This document shows positions 55,896 to 64,000 of a DNA stretch of 64,000 bases, piece after piece. Position 1 is the stretch's first letter; the number at the start of each line of letters is the position of its first letter. A program made the position numbers and the translations under genes. Source of the DNA: Candidatus Latescibacterota bacterium (GTDB lineage Bacteria; Latescibacterota; UBA2968; GCA-2709665); NCBI GenBank assembly GCA_965219995.1, contig CBDCOX010000002.1:1312001-1376000 (forward strand), written 5' to 3'. The notes beneath the pieces were generated by a model. It did no database searches. It saw nothing but the letters and a program-made list of their open reading frames with translations, and was not told the DNA's origin.

Positions 55896-56894
55896 ATGGA
55901 TATAATTCGTCTGGGTCTCGTCGGTTCGGGCGGCATGGCGCACAGCCGCGCGCAATCCTTCGCGGATATGGATGGATGCAGGTTGACGGCCCTGGCCGCC
56001 CGAAATCCGCATACCGGCGCCGAACTGGCCGAACGGCATTCACTGCCGCTGCTGGGACATTGGGAGGATCTGATCGGCCGTTCCGACGTGGACGCTATTG
56101 TCGCCTGCACCAATAACGACAGCCACGGTCCGATCGCACGGGCCGCGCTGGAGGCCGGCAGACCCGTCTTTCTGGAGTACCCGATCGCACGCCATGTTGA
56201 CGAGGGAGAAGGCCTGGTCGGACTGGCTCGGGAAACGGGCACGGTCCTGCGCGTGGCCCATCCGGAAGTCGTGTCCGGCGCCCACCGGCAACTCAAAGAG
56301 ACCGTCGGTACGCTGGGCGATCTGCTGGCGGCGGTATTCACGCGCCTGACCCCGGGGAGAGGGACGCGGCCCGAGGTGTTGTTCAATCTCCCGGCTTCCG
56401 GGCCGCCGAGTCTCTTCTTCGTCTATCAGGTCTACCCGCTGGTCGATCTGTTCGGCCCCGCGTCGTGGGTGGAAGGGTACGCCCATTACGACGGAATGGG
56501 CGGGAACGGAACCTACCAGAGCTTCGTCAACCGGGTCGCAGCGGGGTTTGCCGGCGGCGGTACGGCCGAATGGACGTGGGCCGGCGGAATATCAATCGGG
56601 AAGGCCGAACAGTACCAGCGGATCGTGATGGAGAACGGAACGATGATCCATGAAGGCGGAGGCTGGCGGCTTTCCGCCGCTGACGGCAGCGAGGAGCAGC
56701 TTTCGTCACCGGGACAGGAGACGTCGCTGGAAAACCTGTTTCTCGAAGAAGTGCGCGGCACTCGGGTTGGATGGCGAGCAGACCTGGACACGGCCCTCGA
56801 CGCCATTCGCATCGGACTGGGTGCGGAGGAGGCCGCGAACCGTGGCGGGCGCGTGCATCTCGTGGATGGCGGAACCGGAGCCGGAGAAAGATGA
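55896..56894 (+). CDS. Gfo/Idh/MocA-family oxidoreductase
   Basis: RLGLVGSGGMA, DVDAI, ALEAGRPVFLEYP. Confidence 0.88.
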   Translation: MDIIRLGLVGSGGMAHSRAQSFADMDGCRLTALAARNPHTGAELAERHSLPLLGHWEDLIGRSDVDAIVACTNNDSHGPIARAALEAGRPVFLEYPIARHVDEGEGLVGLARETGTVLRVAHPEVVSGAHRQLKETVGTLGDLLAAVFTRLTPGRGTRPEVLFNLPASGPPSLFFVYQVYPLVDLFGPASWVEGYAHYDGMGGNGTYQSFVNRVAAGFAGGGTAEWTWAGGISIGKAEQYQRIVMENGTMIHEGGGWRLSAADGSEEQLSSPGQETSLENLFLEEVRGTRVGWRADLDTALDAIRIGLGAEEAANRGGRVHLVDGGTGAGER

Positions 56895-56915
56895 CCTTAC
56901 CCCACGGAGGCCCCA

Positions 56916-59651
56916 TTGAAACTGATCGGTAACGCAAGCCGCATTGTACGGTCGATCGCGGCGGCGACAAGGATCCTTGCCCTGGTCGCCGCGGTCGCCT
57001 TCGCGCCGTCGCAGAGCCGGGCCGGCGAAACCTTTTCCTTCGCCCTGATCGGAGACGTGCCGTACGCCGATGCCGACAGTATCCGGTTCGCAAGGTTGAC
57101 CGACATGGTCAACGCGGACGACGACGTACAGTGGGTCATCCACGCGGGCGACATCAAACGTGGCGGACAACCGTGCACAGATGCGGTTCTGGAAGGTCGT
57201 CTGGAAAGGTTCAAACGCTTCGATGACCCGTTCATCCTTACGCCGGGCGACAACGAATGGACGGACTGTCATCGCAAGATCGCCGGCCGCTTCGATCCGC
57301 TGGAACGCCTCCGGAAACTGCGGTCGCTGTTCTACCCCCGTGCCGGGATGACGCTCGGCAAGCGGATGATGCGGGTTGAATCCCAGGCGTCGTTTCCGGA
57401 ATACAGCGAGTTCATCGAGAACGTCCGATGGGAACGGGCCGGGGTTCACTTCGCAACCGTTCACATCGTAGGGAGCAGAAACGGGCTGGCTGCGTTTCAG
57501 CGCCGGGACTCGACCGAGGTCGGATCGATCCCCATGAGAACGGAACGGCACGACAGGGCGGTCGAGCGGCGCACCCGGGCAGGGATCGTATGGCTTCGCG
57601 AAGCCTTCGCCGCGGCAGGTGAATCGGGCAAGGGTCTCTTTCTAACCCTTCATGCCACGATGGGACTGGAGCAGAAGCCGAAACCGGACCCGCCTCACTT
57701 TAAGGGGATCCTCGACGTGTTGCGCGAGGAAACGGAGCGATTCGGACGTCCCGTGGTGCTGGCGCACGGCGACTCCCACTATTTCCGGATCGACAAGCCG
57801 CTTCGGCGCAAGGGGGGCGGGAAACGCATTGCGAATTTCACCCGCGTGGAGACGTTCGGCGCCTCCGACGTACACTGGATCGAGGTAACGGTGGACCCCG
57901 CCAGCGAGAACGTGTTCCGATTCGAGCAGAGAATCGTGAAGGAAGAACGGACGAACGGAAGTCAACGCGAATCCACGGAGAGGACCGGGATGAACATCGA
58001 AAAACGCGGCGAATCGGAACGAACGCCGCAGGAGATCATCGACGCCATGCACCGCCCCGCGTGGTGCGCAGAAACGGATGCGGGGCGCCTGTATTGGGAA
58101 CTCATCGGCGCCGCAATCCGGAACGACGCCGACGCCCTGCGCGAACGCCTGGGCAGGGATCCGAACCGCGCCAGACTGCAGTTCTGGTATACTCCGCCGG
58201 TTCACTTCGCGGTACGGGAGGGCAATCTCGACGCGACACGGGTGTTGTGGGAAGCCTATGCACACGACGAGGTGGCCGAATTAATCGCCATGGCCGACGA
58301 CCGCGGCCACACGGCAGTGGCCGATTATCTCCGCAATGCTGTCGGCGCCAGCGTGGCGTCGGATCTTCCGCTGCACGAGGCCGTGAAAGCCCGAGACCAC
58401 GAGAAGATCCAACGCCTTCTCGAAGATTCGGACGGGATCGCATCACAACGGGACGCGGAAGGCAGGACCGCGCTGCACGTTGCGGTTATCGAGGGCGACG
58501 AAGCGGCAGTTAAGGTTCTTCTCAAGAGCGATATCGCGGTCGACGCGACCGACCATGCCGGTTTTCGCGCAGTGCACCATGCCCGATGGCGCGACCTGAT
58601 GTGGCACCGGTCAAGGGTGAACCCGGAACTGGCGGAACTGCTTCGAAAGGCAGGCTCCCGCGACAGCCCCACGCTGGCCGCCGCGAGGGGCGACCTGGAT
58701 GCCGTTCGCGCGTTCGTCGCGGCTGATCCCGCGGCCGTGAACGACGGCGACAGAATTCAGAAGCGTCCGCTCTCGGCCGCCGTGGAGCACGGTCATCGGG
58801 AAATCGTCCGATTTCTGCTGGACAACGGCGCGGACCCCTCCCTGCCGGAGGGTCGCCTGTGCCCCTACGGGTCGTCGCTGATGACCGCCACGGTAGCGGA
58901 CGACCTGGAAGTCGCCTCCTGGCTTCTGGAAGCCGGCGCAGATCCGAACGGTCACGTCAACTCCTCGGGGTCGCCCGCGATCCGCGCCCACTCGGACGCC
59001 ATGCGGGGTCTCCTGTACGGTTACGGAGGGCGCGCCTCCGGGGCGTGGGGGTACGTGCAGCGCGGCGATCTCGAGACCGTGGCAGCAATATTGCGCTATA
59101 CCGACGATCCGTTTTCGGATGAGGAGAGCGAGTACCTGACCACGCCCTACACCGCCGCGATCAGCGGCTGCGGACGCAGGGAGGACCGCGGAGAATCCAC
59201 GGATGCCCACGAGGCGATGTTCGACATGTTCCTTCAGCGCAACCATCCGATGCCCCGCGTACTCACGGCATGCAAGACCTATCTCTACCACGTGCCGCGC
59301 ATGACGCGCCGGCTCCTCGAAAACGGCCTGGACCCGGACCTGCCCGACTGGCAGCGGCGGACGCCGTTGCACGACCTCTGCCGCGGCAACCGGGCCGTGG
59401 CCGACGCCGCCGCGATGGTTCGTTTGTTCCTTGAGTACGGCGCGGATATCAACGCGATCGACGAGGAAGACCGGTCCACTCCGCTGGGGATTGCCGCCCG
59501 CGAGGGAAACACCGAGCTGGTCGGCCTTCTTCTGGACAGCGGCGCCGATCCCAACGCAGCGGGCGCCGAATGGGCAGCGCCCCTCGCCTGGGCGCAACGA
59601 CGCGGTCATGCGGAGATCGCGGAGATGCTCAGGGACGGGGGTGCGCGGTAG
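56916..59651 (+). CDS. In-frame fusion: secreted metallophosphoesterase + ankyrin-repeat protein (internal start at 57990)
   Basis: Signal peptide, GDVPY, HAGDI, PGDNEWTDC, HGDSH; GGAGAGG SD + in-frame ATG 57990; ankyrin repeats follow. Confidence 0.85.
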   Translation: MKLIGNASRIVRSIAAATRILALVAAVAFAPSQSRAGETFSFALIGDVPYADADSIRFARLTDMVNADDDVQWVIHAGDIKRGGQPCTDAVLEGRLERFKRFDDPFILTPGDNEWTDCHRKIAGRFDPLERLRKLRSLFYPRAGMTLGKRMMRVESQASFPEYSEFIENVRWERAGVHFATVHIVGSRNGLAAFQRRDSTEVGSIPMRTERHDRAVERRTRAGIVWLREAFAAAGESGKGLFLTLHATMGLEQKPKPDPPHFKGILDVLREETERFGRPVVLAHGDSHYFRIDKPLRRKGGGKRIANFTRVETFGASDVHWIEVTVDPASENVFRFEQRIVKEERTNGSQRESTERTGMNIEKRGESERTPQEIIDAMHRPAWCAETDAGRLYWELIGAAIRNDADALRERLGRDPNRARLQFWYTPPVHFAVREGNLDATRVLWEAYAHDEVAELIAMADDRGHTAVADYLRNAVGASVASDLPLHEAVKARDHEKIQRLLEDSDGIASQRDAEGRTALHVAVIEGDEAAVKVLLKSDIAVDATDHAGFRAVHHARWRDLMWHRSRVNPELAELLRKAGSRDSPTLAAARGDLDAVRAFVAADPAAVNDGDRIQKRPLSAAVEHGHREIVRFLLDNGADPSLPEGRLCPYGSSLMTATVADDLEVASWLLEAGADPNGHVNSSGSPAIRAHSDAMRGLLYGYGGRASGAWGYVQRGDLETVAAILRYTDDPFSDEESEYLTTPYTAAISGCGRREDRGESTDAHEAMFDMFLQRNHPMPRVLTACKTYLYHVPRMTRRLLENGLDPDLPDWQRRTPLHDLCRGNRAVADAAAMVRLFLEYGADINAIDEEDRSTPLGIAAREGNTELVGLLLDSGADPNAAGAEWAAPLAWAQRRGHAEIAEMLRDGGAR

Positions 59652-59698
59652 GCGGACCGGAAGCAGACCGATCAACCCGAAACGGGAAGCTATTGCAT

Positions 59699-60265
59699 AT
59701 GGCCGACAAAATCGAGACACAGCCACGATTCCTCGCGCTCCTGCGGGGCATCAACGTGGGCGGGAAGAATATCGTCCCGAAAGATGCGCTCAGGCAGTGC
59801 TTTGAAGACCTGGGGCACCGCAGCGTCCGCACCTACATCCAGAGCGGCAACATCCTCTTCCGGTCCTCCGAAAACGACGTCGTCGCGCTGACCGGCGAGA
59901 TCGAACATGCCCTGTCGGTTCGATTCTCATACAACGCCCGCGCCGTCGTCCTGTCCCGCGGGACGTTTCGAGCCGCGGTCGACGCGGCCCCGGAGGACTG
60001 GGGACGCGACGATGACCGCATGCACCATGCGCTGTTCACACTGGCGGGCGCCGTGCCCGATCGAATGATCGCGAAACTCCGGGCGCCGAACCCGGAATGG
60101 GAGACCGTTACCGCCGGTCCCGGGGTGATCTACTGGTCGGTGTCCAGGGCGCACCCGACCCGGGCGACCTGGGTGAAGCTGCCGGCGGCACCGGAATACA
60201 GGCAGATCACCGCCCGAAATCACAATACAGTGTTCAGACTCAGGGAACTCTTCGAGGAAATTTAG
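59699..60265 (+). CDS. DUF1697-domain protein
   Basis: FLALLRGINVGGKN, VRTYIQSGNILF, TARNHNTV. Confidence 0.92.
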   Translation: MADKIETQPRFLALLRGINVGGKNIVPKDALRQCFEDLGHRSVRTYIQSGNILFRSSENDVVALTGEIEHALSVRFSYNARAVVLSRGTFRAAVDAAPEDWGRDDDRMHHALFTLAGAVPDRMIAKLRAPNPEWETVTAGPGVIYWSVSRAHPTRATWVKLPAAPEYRQITARNHNTVFRLRELFEEI

Positions 60266-60269
60266 TCAA

Positions 60270-60599
60270 ATGACAGGGGACGAGAAGCTTACCGGGCGGA
60301 TACGGACGATTCTTTCTCAGGAGGAGGGATTCTCAGAGAGAAGGATGTTCGGCGGCGTCTGCTTCATGATCCACGGGAACATGTGCGCGGGGACATGGAA
60401 GGGATCGCTGATCGTCCGGCTCGACAGGGCCGATCACGATGAGACGCTCGCGCAACCGCACGCGAAGGCGTTCGACGTCACGGGCCGGGTCATGAGAGGA
60501 TGGGCGATGGTAGGGCCGCCGGCGATCGAATCGGATGAAGGCCTTGAGGAATGGGTGTACAGGGCGGCCGATTACGTACGGACGCTCCCGCCCAAATGA
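60270..60599 (+). CDS. TfoX/Sxy N-terminal-domain protein
   Basis: ERRMFGGVCFMIHGNM, GRVMRGW, LPPK. Confidence 0.9.
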   Translation: MTGDEKLTGRIRTILSQEEGFSERRMFGGVCFMIHGNMCAGTWKGSLIVRLDRADHDETLAQPHAKAFDVTGRVMRGWAMVGPPAIESDEGLEEWVYRAADYVRTLPPK

Positions 60600-60639
60600 C
60601 GGGGACGGCAGCGATCCGAATCGGCGGAAACCGGCGCCC

Positions 60640-60960
60640 CTACTGCAACGGCGAAAAGGACGTCGGGACGAGCACGTCGGAGACCACCTCGTCAACGATG
60701 GGTCCGTTGGCTTCGGTCCGTTCCCGGGCCGCGATCCATTCGGGGTCCGCGCGGAATGAATCCCACGCTGTTTCCATCGCCTCTTCGCTTTCGAATGCGC
60801 AGAGGTAGATGAGTTCGTTGGCATCCCTTCTCGTCCAGAAACCGACGACTTTGATTCCGTGCCTTTCGAAGATGCCAAACGTGGTACTATTGAACCGGTC
60901 GAGGATATCCGGCATCCGGCCTTCGGGGATTCGGTAGGTGCGGTGTTCGTAGATCATCAT
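60640..60960 (-). CDS. NIPSNAP-family protein
   Basis: IYEHRTY, FERHGIKVVGFW, WDSFRADPEW, PTSFSPLQ. Confidence 0.93.
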   Translation of the reverse strand: MMIYEHRTYRIPEGRMPDILDRFNSTTFGIFERHGIKVVGFWTRRDANELIYLCAFESEEAMETAWDSFRADPEWIAARERTEANGPIVDEVVSDVLVPTSFSPLQ

Positions 60961-61118
60961 GTCTCTCCGTCGTGTTCAGGTTCCTGGGTTCGTTCCATCG
61001 ATGCCTTGCCATGGTAACAGGAATTCAACCTGATGGAAAGGCCCATCTTGCCCCGCCGAAGCGAAAAGGCGATTTCAATTCATCCAAGCGTCAGCAAACC
61101 CGCGAGGATTCCTGGAAC

Positions 61119-62627
61119 GTGAGAACAGACAAACGAGGTGGAATCTGCTTTCGCGTGGACGACAACAAACCGGCACGACAGTGGATTGAGTTCGCGGACC
61201 TCTTCAACCGGCACGGTTTGAAGTTCTGCGCCGCGCTCTGTCCGGGAAGAATGGCCGGGGACGAATCCTACATAAGTCTCGTCCGGACGTTACAGGACCA
61301 GGGGCACGAGATCATGGACCACACGCCCCTTCACAGCGTGGACAAGATCCCGCTCCCCAGCGTCGCGGATGCGGATACCTGGCAGGGGAAAGACGGCGTC
61401 GACCACGTGGATGACACGCTCGTCTACCTGACCTACGCCGGAATTGACTCGGCCTCGCTTCCGGAGGGTCGCGCGGATATCTCGGGCAACCTGATGACGG
61501 GACGTACGCCACGCGACCTTGCCGACACCAACCAGACGAGGTTCATCGCCGTCTACTTCCCGTGTATCGGACGCGTATTCCGGTTCAGACAGATGGAGCA
61601 TTCGGGCGGTACTGCCCTGGCGTTGCGCAGCTTCTGGGACGAAGACAACGTCGATCTGGGAGAACTTCGGGATATCGCCTACCACAAGCTTGGCAAATCC
61701 GACGTTCGGATGACGCCGGCCGCCCGCAGGCTTCTGGCCGAATCGTCGCTCAGGCTGTTCGACGAGCTTGGTCTCGATCGACCCTATACGTGGATTCAGC
61801 CGGGGTCCGGAGGGTGTTCGGATTTCTGGCGCGCTGACGTCAAAGCGTCTTTCGGCGATCTGTACGGATACGCGGCCGCGGCAACCTACCCGGACCGGTC
61901 GCACAAGTGCTTTAGCGAAGCCGATCCCGACGGGGACAAATGCTTCGGCATGCAGTGGGGCAACTTCGACGATGAGGCGCGGGACCTGAACTGGAACCTG
62001 AAACGAATTGCAGACGGAATCGCCAAACGCCATATTCTGGTCGGCCACAGCCACTTCTGGGAACACGCCATGCCGGACGGCTGGCAAGGCTATCTCGAGC
62101 GGGTTGACGGGATCCTTTCCTGGTGCGGGCGCAACCGGGTCCCAGTCAGGACCTATTCGGAGTGGGCCAGGATCCTATACCGTGGCAGACCGGACTCGAA
62201 CGTAAACGTGTTTCCGGACCTGAACGTCGATCTGGATGCAGACGGTATACCGGACGGTTACGATAGGTTGTCGGCGGAAGTGGTCCGAAGCGAGGGCGAT
62301 TCCGTTGGCCCGCTCGTTTATCTGGCAGTAAGGGATGCCGGGCCGATCTGCAAAGTGGAAAGCTTGGGCGGACTCGCAAAAGGCGCGAATACTTTCTCGG
62401 TCCGAACCTGCGGGCGGCCGGGCGACGCCATTGAGGCGACGTTCAGGTTCTTCGAAGTCGGATCGATGGAGAAGCACGTGTTTTCAGTGGCAGGCCCCGA
62501 ATGGACCGAACAATCCGCGACTATCGAGGTGTCGTCGGAAGCATCTCTCGTGAATGTCTCCATCGAGTGCACACGTACCGGCGGCGGTTTGAGGTTAGGC
62601 GGGATGCGATTGAGCGCGTCCGAATGA
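61119..62627 (+). CDS. Polysaccharide-deacetylase-like (NodB-type) protein with C-terminal beta-sandwich
   Basis: ICFRVDD, GHEIMDHT, WIQPG, VGHSH, VPVRTYSEW; DLDADGIPDGY precedes a CBM-like tail. Start uncertain. Confidence 0.6.
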   Translation: MRTDKRGGICFRVDDNKPARQWIEFADLFNRHGLKFCAALCPGRMAGDESYISLVRTLQDQGHEIMDHTPLHSVDKIPLPSVADADTWQGKDGVDHVDDTLVYLTYAGIDSASLPEGRADISGNLMTGRTPRDLADTNQTRFIAVYFPCIGRVFRFRQMEHSGGTALALRSFWDEDNVDLGELRDIAYHKLGKSDVRMTPAARRLLAESSLRLFDELGLDRPYTWIQPGSGGCSDFWRADVKASFGDLYGYAAAATYPDRSHKCFSEADPDGDKCFGMQWGNFDDEARDLNWNLKRIADGIAKRHILVGHSHFWEHAMPDGWQGYLERVDGILSWCGRNRVPVRTYSEWARILYRGRPDSNVNVFPDLNVDLDADGIPDGYDRLSAEVVRSEGDSVGPLVYLAVRDAGPICKVESLGGLAKGANTFSVRTCGRPGDAIEATFRFFEVGSMEKHVFSVAGPEWTEQSATIEVSSEASLVNVSIECTRTGGGLRLGGMRLSASE

Positions 62628-62721
62628 AGTCCGGAACTTCAGAATGTAAGCAAGTCCGGCGCAGGCTCGGGCGTGTCGGACGAAAGGAAAGAATGGCGTA
62701 TCTACCGAACAGGAGCGATTG

Positions 62722-63861
62722 ATGTCCACAACAACCGACGCCTTTGATCTGCTGATTACGGCCGGCCGCGTCTTCTGCGCCGAGACCGGCCTGGACGGGC
62801 CGGGCGCCGTGGCCGTACGCGGCGACCGCATTGTCGCCTCGGGCCCGGGCGTAAGCGGCGCAGCGTCCCGCACCCTCGACTTTCCGGATGCCCTGCTTCT
62901 GCCGGGGCTGGTGGATATGCACGCGCATCCGTCTCGCGGCGGCTCCCGGTTCGGCGTCGATCCGGACGTGCACTTTCTCCCGCGCGGCGTCACCACCTGC
63001 ATGTCGCAGGGAGACGCCGGCGCCCTCAACTGGCCCGCCTACCGGGACGCGGTCGTCCGCGGATGCCGCACCCGGGTGAGGCTGGCCCTGCACCTCTCGA
63101 AGACCGGCGAAACGCCGCCGGATCACTGCTTCGAGCAGCTCGAGAACGCCGACGTCGACCTCTGCGTGGATACTCTCGCGGCTGGTGGAGGCGATATCTG
63201 GGGCATCGCGTTCAACACCGTACTCGAACCCAGGCTCGCCCACGACCCGAAGGAGATTATGCGCCGCGGCGTGGAGGCCGCTGAACGCAGCGGGCGCCCC
63301 ATCCTCTACGGGCCGCGCTTCAACGTGGACTTTCCGCTCGCGGAACAGCTGGCGTACCTGAGGGCGGGGGACGTTTTCACCTATACGTTCAGCCCCCGCC
63401 CGGACAATATCATCGAGGGCGGCAAGGTGCGGCGGGCCGTCCGGGAGGCCAGGGACCGGGGCGTCCTGTTCGACGGATGCCACGGGGCGCAGTCGTTCAG
63501 CTTCGCCCACGCGGAACCGGCCATCGCGGAAGGATTCTACCCCGACACGATTTCCACCGACCAGTACATTGCACACGTCGGCGCCGATCCGCCGCACCAC
63601 CTCCCGAGGACTATGTCGAAGTACATCGCCGCCGGCATGCCCGAAGCGGAAGTCTTCGCGCGGGCGACGGCTAGGCCCGCCGAGTTGCTGGGCCTGGCGG
63701 GAGAGGTCGGCACACTTGCACAGGGCGCATGTGCCGACCTGGCCGTCCTCCAGTGGAACCCCGACGGACGTCTGATCGACGTGCAGGGCGCGGAACGCCG
63801 CGGGGGATCCTGGGAACCGCTGGCCACCTTGAAATCGGGCGAGTTTGTGTCGACCGGATGA
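62722..63861 (+). CDS. Amidohydrolase (dihydroorotase-like/deacetylase family)
   Basis: LPGLVDMHAH, GVTT, GDAGALN, GVLFDGCHG..SFSF, PDTISTD, GTLAQGACADLAV. Confidence 0.9.
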   Translation: MSTTTDAFDLLITAGRVFCAETGLDGPGAVAVRGDRIVASGPGVSGAASRTLDFPDALLLPGLVDMHAHPSRGGSRFGVDPDVHFLPRGVTTCMSQGDAGALNWPAYRDAVVRGCRTRVRLALHLSKTGETPPDHCFEQLENADVDLCVDTLAAGGGDIWGIAFNTVLEPRLAHDPKEIMRRGVEAAERSGRPILYGPRFNVDFPLAEQLAYLRAGDVFTYTFSPRPDNIIEGGKVRRAVREARDRGVLFDGCHGAQSFSFAHAEPAIAEGFYPDTISTDQYIAHVGADPPHHLPRTMSKYIAAGMPEAEVFARATARPAELLGLAGEVGTLAQGACADLAVLQWNPDGRLIDVQGAERRGGSWEPLATLKSGEFVSTG

Positions 63862-64000
63862 ACTGGATGATTCAATATACTTCCCCGGTAAATATGCCGT
63901 TGAAGGGGATGATTGCCTTGGCGAACGATACTGCCAAAATTTTCATGTCGACGCTTGAATTTCCCGCGGGCGCCAGATCCGGATTCGGTCTCTGCCTTCC

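Overview
A GC-rich bacterial chromosomal segment. Gene content (MacB-type permease, heparinase II/III, Gfo/Idh/MocA, NIPSNAP, several ankyrin/Sel1 proteins) resembles Latescibacterota/Gemmatimonadota-like host-associated bacteria, but that is inference only. Core genes (Kef-type antiporter, recG-pfkB-hflK-hflC-peptidase-coaE, imuA-imuB-dnaE2, SRAP, MATE, GNAT etc.) are interrupted by accessory defence blocks. (1) About 3.1-11.6 kb, visibly lower GC: a HEPN-motif protein, a C5-cytosine MTase, a GHKL/MORC ATPase with an inserted Zn ribbon, an Mrr-nuclease::SF2 helicase fusion, a 175-aa orphan and Vsr. This is the best candidate for an uncharacterised ATP-driven restriction/defence system. (2) About 16.4-21.2 kb: NYN nuclease, AAA-DUF4143, a HigA::catalytically degenerate SIR2 fusion and VapBC, followed by a MITE-like element. 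(3) About 38.5-42.4 kb, lower GC: a BsmI/Mva1269I-like type IIS R-M system between dnaE2 and SRAP. Also notable are a perfect palindrome (candidate lineage-specific SOS box) in the imuA promoter, a phosphoesterase::ankyrin in-frame fusion with an internal start, and several REP-like elements. I saw no rRNA, tRNA, CRISPR array, integrase or transposase. All family calls come from motif recognition and recall, not database searches.
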